From positions 468-64,467 of the forward strand of contig JBIIEQ010000010.1 in NCBI GenBank assembly GCA_044237765.1: DNA of 64,000 bases. Reading direction: 5' to 3'. How positions within the stretch are numbered: position 1 is the first letter of the stretch; each line of letters opens with the position of its first letter. The translations under genes were made by a program, and so were the position numbers. The DNA is from Methylococcaceae bacterium (lineage in GTDB: Bacteria; Pseudomonadota; Gammaproteobacteria; Methylococcales; Methylococcaceae). The notes under the pieces are model-generated. The model had not been told where the DNA came from. It made no database searches and saw only the letters and a program-made list of their open reading frames with translations. Positions 9,028 to 18,361 of this stretch are shown here, one piece after another.

Positions 9028-9393
9028 GGATGTTTGATGCTGCTACTAGCGGAAGGGATGGACGGTTGTCTGGATGAAGACCGAGCGGTTTCAGGCATCT
9101 GTGCCACGACAATACAGAAGCGTCCTTCAAGATAATTGACAATAACTCAGGGTAGCAGGCTTCGCCAAATGATTTAAGGGAGCCTTATCGAAGGGCATGA
9201 ATGGATCATTTGAGAAGCCCCCCTAAGCCAAGAGGTGACGGTGAGATCGACTTGAAAGTGCGGTACTTGAAGGGCGAACAGCGATATGGTTTCTGATCAA
9301 CGTCAGCTGCCGTCAGTTCGGGTCAGGGAAGGGGTCGGAATGTTATCCTTACGCGCTTTCGCGATCCCTTCTGCCGCTGCTGTTCTCGTCTCT

Positions 9394-10302
9394 ATGTCGC
9401 ATGAATCCGGTTCTCTGAAGTCCATTCTGTTTGCCCTGGGAGCCAATGCCGCCATTGCCGTGGCGAAACTCACGGCTGCTGTGTTCACCGGTTCCCATTC
9501 CATGCTGGCGGAGGCGATTCATTCGTTCGCCGATTGCGGTAACCAGGGTTTGCTGTTGTGGGGACTGAAGCGGGCCAAGCGCCCCCCCAGCCCGGATCAC
9601 CCGCTGGGTTTTGGTAAGGCGATTTATTTCTGGTCATTCATCGTTGCGCTGATCCTGTTCAGCATGGGTGGCGTGTTCTCGATTTATGAGGGTATTCACA
9701 AGCTGGATCAGGATGCCCCGCTCACCCTGCCGTGGCTCGCCGTCGGCATTCTGGTGTTCAGCATTCTGATGGAGCTGGTCTCGTTGCGCGCTTGTTTGCA
9801 GGAAGTGAACCGCGAGCGAGGGTCACAAGGGTTGTGGGCCTGGTTTCGCCAGACCCGCCAGAGCGCCCTGATGGTTGTCCTCGGTGAAGATATTGCCGCG
9901 CTGGCCGGTCTGGCCATTGCGCTGGCCGCCATTCTGTTGACCATGGTCACCGGCAATCCGGTATTCGATGCGCTCGGCAGCATTGCGATCGGGGTGTTGC
10001 TGGTGGGCGTGGCTATCGGTGTGGGTGCTGAAATCAAGAACCTGCTGATTGGCGAAAGTGTTGAACCGCGGATGCGGCAAGCCATGCAGCGTTTTCTCGA
10101 AGATCGGTCCGAGGTGGATCAGGTGTTCAATATGCTGACCCTGCAGATGGGTAATGATGTGATGGTCGCGGTGAAGGCGAGAATGCGAGAACAGAAATCG
10201 GCTCGGGACATGATCGATGATATCAATCGCTGTGAGAGAGCCTTTAAGCAGACTTTTCCTGATGTCCGCTGGCTCTTCTTTGAGCCGGATGTTTCGGATT
10301 GA
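9394..10302 (+). CDS. Cation diffusion facilitator (CDF) family metal efflux transporter
   Basis: GSLKSILFALGANAAIAVAKLTAAVFTGSHSMLAEAIHSFADCGNQGLLLWG, six TM segments and a C-terminal cytoplasmic domain. Start moved to MSHESG (ATG 9394); the ORF track starts at 9286. Confidence 0.85.
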   Translation: MSHESGSLKSILFALGANAAIAVAKLTAAVFTGSHSMLAEAIHSFADCGNQGLLLWGLKRAKRPPSPDHPLGFGKAIYFWSFIVALILFSMGGVFSIYEGIHKLDQDAPLTLPWLAVGILVFSILMELVSLRACLQEVNRERGSQGLWAWFRQTRQSALMVVLGEDIAALAGLAIALAAILLTMVTGNPVFDALGSIAIGVLLVGVAIGVGAEIKNLLIGESVEPRMRQAMQRFLEDRSEVDQVFNMLTLQMGNDVMVAVKARMREQKSARDMIDDINRCERAFKQTFPDVRWLFFEPDVSD

Positions 10303-10312
10303 TGTTATTCGG

Positions 10313-10951
10313 ATGAAATCCTATTCCCTGCCGAATCACAGGTCAGACCGGCGGCCCGGCTTTTTTTGGGTCTTGCTGATGCTCTTGTGGTTGGGTGGTT
10401 GCGCTAGCGTGCCCCCCAGTCAGCCGTCCAATCTCTGTGCCCTGTTCGAGGAGAAGGATGGCTGGTATGAGGCGAGTATCGCCGCTCAAAAAACATGGGG
10501 CATTCCGGTGCCCGTGCAGATGGCCATCATGAAGCAGGAGTCGGCTTTTGTGGCGGATGCCCGTCCGCCGCGCAAATGGTTTTTGGGCTTTATTCCGCTG
10601 TCTCGGCCTTCATCGGCTTATGGTTACTCGCAGGCGCTGGACGGTACCTGGGATCGGTATAGGGAGAGCACCGGTCACACGGGGGCCGAGCGCGACGATT
10701 TTGCCGATTCGGTCGATTTTATTGGCTGGTATGCCCGGCTGAGCCAGACCGAACTCGGCATTTCGACCTTGGACGCTTATCGTCAGTATCTGGCGTATCA
10801 CGAGGGGCAGGGCGGCTATGCCCGGGGTAGTTATCTGAAAAAACCATGGCTGCAGGACGTGGCGAGGAAAGTAGCCAGCACGGCGGATCGGTATCACCGA
10901 CAGCTGGACGGTTGCAAGCCGGATCTCGACGAGGAGCTGGCCTCCAATTAA
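10313..10951 (+). CDS. Lipoprotein with SLT-like lytic transglycosylase motif
   Basis: Lipobox LWLGGC after a hydrophobic leader. MAIMKQESAF (catalytic Glu-Ser context) and AYGYSQALDGTW. Start at ATG 10313, because the track ORF 10217 overlaps the CDF gene. Confidence 0.6.
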   Translation: MKSYSLPNHRSDRRPGFFWVLLMLLWLGGCASVPPSQPSNLCALFEEKDGWYEASIAAQKTWGIPVPVQMAIMKQESAFVADARPPRKWFLGFIPLSRPSSAYGYSQALDGTWDRYRESTGHTGAERDDFADSVDFIGWYARLSQTELGISTLDAYRQYLAYHEGQGGYARGSYLKKPWLQDVARKVASTADRYHRQLDGCKPDLDEELASN

Positions 10952-10986
10952 GCCCACCCGCAGGCGGGTCTTTGCATTACTACATC

Positions 10987-13188
10987 ATGACCATCACTAC
11001 CCGATTTTTTGCCACGGCCCCATTAGGGATCGAATTACTATTGGCCCAGGAGTTACGCGAGCTGGGTATTCCCGAGGTGGCAGAGGCGCGGGCGGGTGTC
11101 TCTTTCGGCGGCGGATTGTCTGCCGCGTATACCGCCTGCCTGTGGTCGCGTCTCGCCAATCGTGTACTGATGCCCATCGCCCAGTTTCCAGCCGCGACCG
11201 GAGAAGAGCTGTATGGCGGAGTGCGGTTGGTCGACTGGGGATTGCACATGGAGCCGGAATCGACGTTGGCTGTCGACTTCGCCGCCAGCCGTTCCGCCAT
11301 CACCCATACGCTGTTTGGGGCGCAGAAGGTCAAGGATGCCATCGTCGATCATTTCCGCAATGAGAGTGGAACACGCCCTTCGGTGGATCTGGCGCGACCG
11401 GATCTGCGGGTCAATGTTTATCTGGATCGCGATCAGGCCACGCTGAGCATTGATCTGTCCGGGGACAGTCTGCACAAACGCGGCTACCGGCTTGAAGGTG
11501 GCAAGGCGCCACTGAAGGAGAATCTGGCGGCCGCCATTTTGTTGCGTGCCGGTTGGCCGGCGGTAGCTGCGGCAGGAGGTCAGCTGATTGATCCGATGTG
11601 TGGGTCGGGGACTCTCCCCATTGAAGCCGCCCTGATGGCGGCGGATTTTGCCCCGGGTTTGCTGCGTTCCTGGTTCGGATTTCTCGGCTGGCGCGGCCAT
11701 GATGCGAACCTTTGGCTGGAGCGGCTGGCCGAGGCGGACCGACGCTCGGAAGTCGGTTTGAAGCGATTGCCGTTGATTGTCGGCTACGACGTGGATCGGC
11801 GAGCCGTGCACACGGCGTTGGGAAATGTGGATCGGGCCGGGCTGCGCGGTCTGGTGCATATCGAACGCAAGTCGGTCGAGGAGGTGCGCCCTCGCCAGGA
11901 GAGCGGTCTGCTGGTCGTCAATCCACCTTATGGCGAGCGGCTGGGTGACGAGCAGACACTGGTGCCGCTCTACATGGCGCTGGGCGAAACTATGCGCGAG
12001 CATTTTAAGGGTTGGCGGGCCAGTGTGTTTACCGGCAATCCGGAACTGGCCTTCAAGGTGGGTATTCGTGCCAGCAAGCAGTATGCCCTCTACAACGGTG
12101 CACTGGAGTGCAAGCTGTTCAATTTTGAGGTGGCTGACGGACGATTCTTCACTCCCCATGAGGGCGAGCCGCCGACCGAGGCAGAGCGTCATCGGCGGCA
12201 ATTGTTCCGCAAGGCCAGGTCGGTCGATCTGGCCTCGGGCGGGGCCGAGATGTTCGCCAACCGGCTGCGCAAGAATCTCAAGAATCTTGGGCGCTGGGCC
12301 CGGCAGAGCGAAACTTCCTGTTATCGGCTTTACGATGCCGACCTGCCGGAATATGCCGTTGCGGTGGATCTCTATCAGGGCGAAAAGCTCTGGGTTCATG
12401 TGCAGGAATACGAGGCGCCGATGACCGTTGATCCGGTCAAGGCGGAGACCCGGCTGATCGAGACGCTCGCGGGCATTCCGGCGGTGCTGGAAATTCCTCC
12501 CGAGCAGGTTTTTCTGAAAGTGCGCCGCCGCCAGAAAGGGTCAGCGCAGTATGAGAAGCAGTCGGAAACCGGTCACTTTCATACGGTCGAGGAGGGCGGA
12601 CTGAGCTTTCAGGTCAATTTTGAGGATTACCTCGATACCGGGCTGTTTCTCGATCATCGCCTGACCCGCGCACTGATCCGTGAGCGGGCCAAGGGCAGGA
12701 GCTTCCTCAATCTGTTTGCCTACACCGGCACCGCTACGGTCTACGCCGCCAGTGGAGGAGCGTCGTCTACGACCACGGTGGATATGTCGCGGACCTATCT
12801 CGACTGGGCGGCGCGCAACCTGGCCCTGAATGGTTTTCGGGGCGACCGTCATGAGCTAATACAGGCCGATTGTATCGAATGGCTGCAAGATGCCATGGAA
12901 AGCAATTGGCGATACGACCTCATTTTCCTTGATCCGCCCACTTTCTCCACCTCCAAGCGGATGAAGTACACGCTCGACATTCAGCGGGACCATGTCGATC
13001 TCATTCGTGATTGCTTGGAACTGCTCACCTCGGACGGTGTGCTGGTCTTTTCCACCAATCATCGAAAGTTCCGGTTGGACAACGCTGCGCTGGCAGATTG
13101 CAAGGTGGAAGACATCACCCGCCAGACTTTGCCGAAGGATTTTGAGCGTAACCCCAGAATCCATTACGGCTGGTTGATTGGCCGATGA
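10987..13188 (+). CDS. rlmL: Bifunctional 23S rRNA m2G2445/m7G2069 methyltransferase RlmKL
   Basis: THUMP + two SAM-MTase modules: DPMCGSGTLPIEAAL, VVNPPYGERLG, C-terminal FLNLFAYTGTATVYAA..IFLDPPTFS. Start at MTITTRFFATAP (ATG 10987), giving 733 aa. Confidence 0.92.
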   Translation: MTITTRFFATAPLGIELLLAQELRELGIPEVAEARAGVSFGGGLSAAYTACLWSRLANRVLMPIAQFPAATGEELYGGVRLVDWGLHMEPESTLAVDFAASRSAITHTLFGAQKVKDAIVDHFRNESGTRPSVDLARPDLRVNVYLDRDQATLSIDLSGDSLHKRGYRLEGGKAPLKENLAAAILLRAGWPAVAAAGGQLIDPMCGSGTLPIEAALMAADFAPGLLRSWFGFLGWRGHDANLWLERLAEADRRSEVGLKRLPLIVGYDVDRRAVHTALGNVDRAGLRGLVHIERKSVEEVRPRQESGLLVVNPPYGERLGDEQTLVPLYMALGETMREHFKGWRASVFTGNPELAFKVGIRASKQYALYNGALECKLFNFEVADGRFFTPHEGEPPTEAERHRRQLFRKARSVDLASGGAEMFANRLRKNLKNLGRWARQSETSCYRLYDADLPEYAVAVDLYQGEKLWVHVQEYEAPMTVDPVKAETRLIETLAGIPAVLEIPPEQVFLKVRRRQKGSAQYEKQSETGHFHTVEEGGLSFQVNFEDYLDTGLFLDHRLTRALIRERAKGRSFLNLFAYTGTATVYAASGGASSTTTVDMSRTYLDWAARNLALNGFRGDRHELIQADCIEWLQDAMESNWRYDLIFLDPPTFSTSKRMKYTLDIQRDHVDLIRDCLELLTSDGVLVFSTNHRKFRLDNAALADCKVEDITRQTLPKDFERNPRIHYGWLIGR

Positions 13189-13478
13189 CGACCGAACCAA
13201 AAAGGCGGGTTCTCATTCAGGTGGCGGGACGGGTGCAGGGTGTCTTCTTTCGCGCCTCGACCCGGGACAAGGCGCAAAGTCTGGGGCTTGGCGGGTGGGT
13301 TCGTAATCGTTCGAATGGTGATGTTGAATTGCTTGCCGAAGGGGAAGCCGGGGCGATTGCCCGATTGCTGGCCTGGTGCCATACCGGGCCCACATTGGCC
13401 CGGGTCGACACTTGCCATATCACCTACCAAACGCCGACCGGGGAGTTCGATCGATTCAGCGTGTTGTGTGACGAGTGA
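13185..13478 (+). CDS. acyP: Acylphosphatase
   Basis: GRVQGVFFRASTRDKAQSLGLGGWVRNRSNGDVELLAEGE, 97 aa. ATGA overlap with the rlmL stop. Confidence 0.88.
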   Translation: MTTEPKRRVLIQVAGRVQGVFFRASTRDKAQSLGLGGWVRNRSNGDVELLAEGEAGAIARLLAWCHTGPTLARVDTCHITYQTPTGEFDRFSVLCDE

Positions 13479-13541
13479 ATCCCCTCTGTGTTGAAGAACT
13501 GCGGCGAGGCCACTGTTTCCATGGCTGCTAGCGGGAAGTCC

Positions 13542-14162
13542 TTATGAGGGCTTTTTGGGAAGACATCTGATCTGCCGGTCATGCCATCGCGAAAGCATCA
13601 ATAAGGCCACGGCCGCCCCGATGAGTGCAAACAGCATATCGCTTTGCGCATCCCACACATCGCCCTGGGTGCCGAGGAAATCAACGGCGCCGTCCCCAAA
13701 GACTTCTGCTACCAGCCACTCCAATAGTTCATAAGTTGCACTGATCGCCAGCACGATGCAGGTAATCAGAAAAACCCGCATGCGGTTGCCATTCACAAAT
13801 TGACCCCGGATCAGGATTTCGCGTGCCGCAATAGCCGGTACCAGGCCCTGAAAAAAGTGGCCGATCTTGTCGTATGGATTCCGGTCGAGCCCCAGCCATT
13901 CTTGCAGCGCGAAGCCTAGGGGCACTCGTGCGTAGGTGTGTGTTCCGCCGATGATCAGCACGATGGCATGCAAAAAGATCAGGCTATAGAGCAGCACCGT
14001 CAGCGGGAAGCGTCGGCAGGTCAGCCACAGAACAGGCAGGACCAGCATGACCGGGAGTGTTTCCAGTAACCAGGTCGGCAGGTCATGGGCATGGAGGCCG
14101 GACCACATGAGCAGGCCGATCAGCGTCATCGACAGCAGGCCCAGCAATGGGGGGCGGGTCAT
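13542..14162 (-). CDS. DUF2238 (YjdF-like) inner-membrane protein
   Basis: Multi-TM protein with PYDKIGHFFQGLVPA and DVWDAQSDMLFALIGA motifs. Start set at MTRPPLL; the ORF track extends to 14198. Confidence 0.6.
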   Translation of the reverse strand: MTRPPLLGLLSMTLIGLLMWSGLHAHDLPTWLLETLPVMLVLPVLWLTCRRFPLTVLLYSLIFLHAIVLIIGGTHTYARVPLGFALQEWLGLDRNPYDKIGHFFQGLVPAIAAREILIRGQFVNGNRMRVFLITCIVLAISATYELLEWLVAEVFGDGAVDFLGTQGDVWDAQSDMLFALIGAAVALLMLSRWHDRQIRCLPKKPS

Positions 14163-14236
14163 CAAGCATCTATTTAGGATTCGGTGTCCCGACAGCATGT
14201 GCGTTCAGCGGCGGGCCGATTGGTCGTACAACCACA

Positions 14237-14620
14237 TCAGATCATCGCAATGACCAGAAGATAAGCGGCGCATACCAGCAACACGGCGAAAGTCAAAGTC
14301 ATCCCGAAGACCCTGAAATTAAAGTTCTCAGGGGTTCGGCTGACACCGATGGCATGCGAAACCCGCCCTATGACCAGAGTGGTACCCAGCGCGTGAACGA
14401 GCAGAGGGTGTGCTGCCGAAGACTCAACAAGGAAAATGAGCAACAGAGCGATTGGCACGTATTCGGCACAGTTCGCCTGTACCCTCATTGCTCTCAGCAT
14501 GTCGGGATTTTCTTCGTGCCCAAGGGATATGCCCAGGCTACGGCGAAGGCGAATGGTTCGTATGCTGAGATATACGAAGAGAAAAGCGAGCAGAGATGCG
14601 TAAATCGAGACGATCGTCAT
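14237..14620 (-). CDS. MAPEG-family membrane protein
   Basis: 127 aa, 3-4 TM, VYLSIRTIRLRR...LRAMRVQANCAEYVPIALLLIFL is typical of bacterial MAPEG/YecN-like proteins. Confidence 0.65.
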   Translation of the reverse strand: MTIVSIYASLLAFLFVYLSIRTIRLRRSLGISLGHEENPDMLRAMRVQANCAEYVPIALLLIFLVESSAAHPLLVHALGTTLVIGRVSHAIGVSRTPENFNFRVFGMTLTFAVLLVCAAYLLVIAMI

Positions 14621-14705
14621 GATGAGTGATCCTTACCCGTAGATTCGTGAGGGCCAAAGTGAATTGGGCAGGTAATGCGCTGCAGGGTGGGCAAGAGCAG
14701 CATGT

Positions 14706-15473
14706 TTAGGCTTTTCCACCGGATAACAAGCCTTGCACCCGCCGCAGGTCGGCCTCGGTATCCACACCGGCATGCGGGGCGGATTCTACCGGGACGACGA
14801 GGACACGCTCGCCTTGCCAGAGGATGCGCAACTGTTCGAGTGCTTCGACCGACTCCAGTTGCGAGGCAGGCCAACGGACATAGCGCCGCAGGAAGCCGGC
14901 GGAGTAGGCGTAAATGCCGATGTGCCGTAGCCACGGGTAATCGCTGGCCGCCTGGCGGTCGGTCTGGCCGAAACTTTCACGATGCCAGGGAATCGGGGCC
15001 CGACTGAAATAGAGGGCGTGGCCGTGGCGATCCAGCACCACCTTGACAGCATGCGGGTCGAAAACATCCGAGGGGTCATCGATGGGGGCGGCCAAGGTGG
15101 CGATACTGGCTGTCTGTTGTCCGGCCAGGGCGTCGGCCAGTTGGCGAATCAAGTCGGGTTGCATCAGTGGTTCGTCGCCCTGCAGGTTGACCACGAGCGT
15201 GTCATCCGGCCAGTTCAGTTGATTGGCCACTTCGGTGATGCGTTCTGTGCCGCTAGTGTGGTCCTCGCGGGTCATGACGGCCGTCACGGGCAGGCTGGCA
15301 ACCGCCTCGGCAATACGTCCGTCATCGGTTGCCACAAAAACTTCAGGGCCAGCCTCCAGGGCTCGCTCGCAGACGTGAACGATCATAGGCTTCCCGGCGA
15401 TATCCAGCAGGGGCTTGCCGGGCAACCGGCTCGAGCCATGCCGGGCAGGGATGACAATCTTGAAATGGGTCAT
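14706..15473 (-). CDS. kdsB: 3-deoxy-manno-octulosonate cytidylyltransferase (CMP-KDO synthetase)
   Basis: FKIVIPARHGSSRLPGKPLLDIAGKPMIVHV, NLQGDEPL, IGIYAY. Start at MTHFK (ATG 15473), 255 aa. Confidence 0.92.
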   Translation of the reverse strand: MTHFKIVIPARHGSSRLPGKPLLDIAGKPMIVHVCERALEAGPEVFVATDDGRIAEAVASLPVTAVMTREDHTSGTERITEVANQLNWPDDTLVVNLQGDEPLMQPDLIRQLADALAGQQTASIATLAAPIDDPSDVFDPHAVKVVLDRHGHALYFSRAPIPWHRESFGQTDRQAASDYPWLRHIGIYAYSAGFLRRYVRWPASQLESVEALEQLRILWQGERVLVVPVESAPHAGVDTEADLRRVQGLLSGGKA

Positions 15474-15520
15474 GGATTCTTGTTCGTGTTGATATGGGGC
15501 TGACAACCAGCCGCTTCAGA

Positions 15521-16297
15521 CTAGCGGATGCCGGGGCGGGTTTCGACTCCGTCATTTTCGTTGATGACCTTGGTTTTCGGAATCATCAACTTCGCCAGTT
15601 GCCGGTTCTTGATCCACACGCCCAGTCTGAACAGAAGCAGGAAAACAATGCCAAGTCCATAAAAGAGCGGGTCTGCGAGGTTGCCTTTCAACTGCATCGC
15701 GTAGTGAACGATAACGGCCACCGAGGCCGGATAGATCCAGCGATGCAGTTTTTTCCAGCGACGCCCCATGATTTTCATGGCGGCAGTGGACGAAGTCAGG
15801 GCCAGAAGCAGCAGAACGATGAACGCGAAGAGCCCAAACCAGATGTATCGGGTTTCAAGGATATCTATTGTGATGGATGACCAGATGAGGCCTTGATCGA
15901 TCCACAGATAGCCATAAACGTGGAGTGCCGTATAAAAAAAACTGGTGAGTCCGAATAGTTGCCGAAAGGTGGCCATGCCTTTCCATCGGGTCATGGTCTG
16001 GACGGGGGTCACGAACAGCGTGACGAGCAGGAAACGCAGGGACCAGATTCCGGTGAAAAGATGAAAACCCTCGATGGCGTTGGGACCCAGTCCGCCCGAT
16101 GCAATGAGAAGCAGAAGTTCGCCAAGCGGAAGGACACAAAGCGTCAGGCAGGCATTCCAGGGGTCAGACAACCAGACACACACTCGTATGACCCGAGGCG
16201 ATGTGACGCCGTAAGCCAGAGGGTCCAGTGATTTTTTCTGCTTTCGGAGGACCTGGATGAAGTCTCTCGATAATCCCCAAAGGTCGATTTGGCTCAT
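15521..16297 (-). CDS. msrQ: Methionine-sulfoxide reductase heme-binding membrane subunit MsrQ (YedZ), longer than usual
   Basis: Ferric-reductase-like TM protein with conserved His in TALHVYGYL and VIVHYAMQ. Its start overlaps the msrP stop. 258 aa with N- and C-terminal extensions. Confidence 0.8.
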   Translation of the reverse strand: MSQIDLWGLSRDFIQVLRKQKKSLDPLAYGVTSPRVIRVCVWLSDPWNACLTLCVLPLGELLLLIASGGLGPNAIEGFHLFTGIWSLRFLLVTLFVTPVQTMTRWKGMATFRQLFGLTSFFYTALHVYGYLWIDQGLIWSSITIDILETRYIWFGLFAFIVLLLLALTSSTAAMKIMGRRWKKLHRWIYPASVAVIVHYAMQLKGNLADPLFYGLGIVFLLLFRLGVWIKNRQLAKLMIPKTKVINENDGVETRPGIR

Positions 16298-17253
16298 CAG
16301 AATTGTCGCTTCAGGTCGATCCCCTGGTAGAGAGAAGCGACCTCGTTGCCATATCCATTGAAGATTTCAGTTTTCCTTCTGGGGGTAAAGAAGGGGTCGC
16401 CGAGAGGCCTCTCTGTTGCCTGACTCCAGCGCGGATGGGGCACTGTCGGGTTCACGTTGGCGTTGAAACCATAATCATCCGGGGCCGCCAGCATCCAGCT
16501 GGAGCTTGGTGGGCTGTCAAGAAGTTCGATCTTGACGATGGCCTTGATGCTCTTGAACCCATATTTCCAGGGAACAACCAATCGGAGTGGGGCGCCGTTC
16601 TGTAGGGGTAGATCGCGACCGTACATCCCGGTAGCGAGGATAGTCAGGGAATGCATCGCCTCGTCCAGTTGAAGACCCTCGGTATACGGCCAGGGTAGGA
16701 GCTTGTTCTCCCGCTGCATCGGCATGGCCTCGGGCTGGGTGACCGAACTGAACCGGACGAATTTTGCACTTGACAGGGGCTGGACTGTCTTCAAGAGCTC
16801 ACCCAGATGAAACCCTTTCCAGGGAACCACGGCGGACCAGCCTTCCACGCAGCGAAAGCGATAGATGAATTCTTGTTGATTAAATCGCTTTAGCAGGTCT
16901 TCCAGGCCCCATTGAGCAGGCTTTTCGCAAAGGCCTTCGATGCTGACAATCCATGGGTCGGTCTTGAGTTTTCCTGCGAGTCGCGAGGGTGATGTCTTGT
17001 CCCAGCCAAACTCATAGTAGTTGTTGTATTGCGTCACGGCATCGAAAGGGCTCGGTGTCAGGCTCTCAGCGTCGGGCGAAGAATTGGCCTTTGCGACCGT
17101 CTGAGCGAAGGCTGAGCGCATCCCAAGGGCCGGCAATGTCGCGGAGACTCCGATCAGGGATCCCATCGTTTGGACCCATCGACGTCTCTCGTGCCAGACC
17201 TTTTCGTCCGTGATCTCGCTTGGTCGGATCAGTGGTCGCGTCCTTATCAACAT
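16297..17253 (-). CDS. msrP: Periplasmic molybdopterin-dependent methionine-sulfoxide reductase catalytic subunit MsrP (YedY)
   Basis: Tat-type leader RRRWVQTMGSLIGVSATLPALGMRSAFA. YNNYYEFG, FRCVEGWS, NGAPLRLVVPWKYGFKSIKAIVKIEL. Confidence 0.92.
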   Translation of the reverse strand: MLIRTRPLIRPSEITDEKVWHERRRWVQTMGSLIGVSATLPALGMRSAFAQTVAKANSSPDAESLTPSPFDAVTQYNNYYEFGWDKTSPSRLAGKLKTDPWIVSIEGLCEKPAQWGLEDLLKRFNQQEFIYRFRCVEGWSAVVPWKGFHLGELLKTVQPLSSAKFVRFSSVTQPEAMPMQRENKLLPWPYTEGLQLDEAMHSLTILATGMYGRDLPLQNGAPLRLVVPWKYGFKSIKAIVKIELLDSPPSSSWMLAAPDDYGFNANVNPTVPHPRWSQATERPLGDPFFTPRRKTEIFNGYGNEVASLYQGIDLKRQF

Positions 17254-17340
17254 CCCGCTGGAACTCTTGTTGATTTTGGGCGCCCTGCGGATGAAATTGA
17301 TCCCGTCATCCGGAGCACCCTCCTCATATCAATCATGTCT

Positions 17341-17784
17341 TTAGGCCTTAATCATCTCGTTCAGCTTGCGGATTTCCTCTTCGGCGTCCACCTTGTAGGT
17401 GATGTCGTACTGAACGCCTAGGTAATACAGGAGCGAACCCTTGTTGTCATAGAGAGGTGTGATTTCCAGGCGATTGTGAAAGAGGGTTCCGTCCTTCCGG
17501 TAGTTTTTCAGGGTCACGGAACATCCCTCCTTTTTGGCGAGGGCTTGCCGCAGGATATCGAGTTGCGGTTGGTCCTTGTCGGATCCCTGTAGAAAACGGC
17601 AATTTCGGCCAATGATCTCGTCCTGCGAATAGCCAGTCAGCCGCTCAAATGCCTCATTCGCATAGATGATCGGACAGTCATCCTGATCCGGATCGCTCAG
17701 TGTCACGCCATTGACACAGTGGTTAAGAATCGTAGTCAGAACCTGCGGGATGAGTCCGGTGTCCTTTCTTAGAATGAGTGGCAT
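17341..17784 (-). CDS. Short LOV-domain blue-light photoreceptor, copy 1 (no effector domain)
   Basis: GRNCRFLQGSDKDQ (photoactive Cys), LKNYRKDGTLFHN, YLGVQYDIT (conserved Gln), C-terminal helical tail AEEEIRKLNEMIKA. Strong likeness to Pseudomonas putida PpSB1/PpSB2 short LOV proteins. Confidence 0.9.
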   Translation of the reverse strand: MPLILRKDTGLIPQVLTTILNHCVNGVTLSDPDQDDCPIIYANEAFERLTGYSQDEIIGRNCRFLQGSDKDQPQLDILRQALAKKEGCSVTLKNYRKDGTLFHNRLEITPLYDNKGSLLYYLGVQYDITYKVDAEEEIRKLNEMIKA

Positions 17785-17808
17785 GAAAATTCTCCGGGGG
17801 AGGTTCTG

Positions 17809-18297
17809 TCAGGTGCTTGATGTTTTTGGGTGGCTGAGCAGGGTCGAGAGTGTCGCTAGCGTGCTTTCGACGCCCTCGATCATGGCGCTGCGAATCAGCT
17901 TCACGAAGGGCCGCATGAAGAGGTCGACCTCAAGTAATTCGAATCGGAATGTCAGGTGGCTTTTGCCATGGCTGACCGGATCGATTCTATAAATTTGTCG
18001 ATAGGGCATATCGATTCCCTCAAAAGAGAAGGTATCGAAAGCCTCAAGTTCCTTGATCTCAAAGGTGGATGTGATCTGCTCATCGTTTTCCAGACGGACC
18101 TGACGGATTCGGGTCCCTTTTTTGACTGGAACTGGATCGAGACATTCAAGTTCGATGACATCCGTCATCCAGCGTGGGTAATTTTCATGGAAGTGGCCTG
18201 CTATGAAGTCGAAGACCTGTGCCTGTTCCCGGTCGATCATGGCCGACGCTTCAGCCGTGACAGGGTCGCTTCGATTCACGTTCAATTTCAATTCCAT
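17809..18297 (-). CDS. SRPBCC (START/Bet v1-like, polyketide-cyclase-fold) protein, copy 1; paralogue of 20402..20881
   Basis: Shares ENYPRW, STFxI, FEG and RPFxKLxRxA motifs with the 159-aa paralogue. Ends 24 nt before LOV copy 1. Start set at ATG 18297 (the track uses TTG 18330). Confidence 0.65.
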   Translation of the reverse strand: MELKLNVNRSDPVTAEASAMIDREQAQVFDFIAGHFHENYPRWMTDVIELECLDPVPVKKGTRIRQVRLENDEQITSTFEIKELEAFDTFSFEGIDMPYRQIYRIDPVSHGKSHLTFRFELLEVDLFMRPFVKLIRSAMIEGVESTLATLSTLLSHPKTSST

Positions 18298-18361
18298 GAT
18301 CTTGTGCCCCGGACGGTTAGGTAATTGCAAGGCGGTTGTCTCTTGTGACCACAGCTGGCGC

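Noticed and set aside
9028-9393. Metal-sensing riboswitch or strong promoter upstream of the CDF transporter (a TTGACA at 9136-9141)
   Set aside because: No acceptable -10 lies 16-18 nt downstream of the TTGACA, and I recognised no conserved riboswitch-like structure.
10846-10986. N-terminal extensions suggested by the ORF track for rlmL. The same applies to kdsB (15506), lepA (46581), pdxJ (51907), GT4 (58436), ntrC (38225), rpoE (42460), fae (25602) and the lipoprotein (10217)
   Set aside because: The extensions overlap the preceding genes or translate to low-complexity sequence. Internal ATG/GTG codons give proteins of canonical length that begin with the conserved family N-termini.
11053-12399. 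448-aa ORF antisense to rlmL. Similar long antisense or off-frame ORFs occur at 3928-4932, 5437-6504, 28570-29706, 50754-51425, 53594-54283, 54593-55243, 57736-58377 and 62011-63024
   Set aside because: These are typical stop-poor shadow frames in 60-65% GC DNA. Each lies opposite or over a gene with unmistakable conserved motifs, and their translations are Arg/Gly/Pro/Ala-rich low-complexity strings without motifs.
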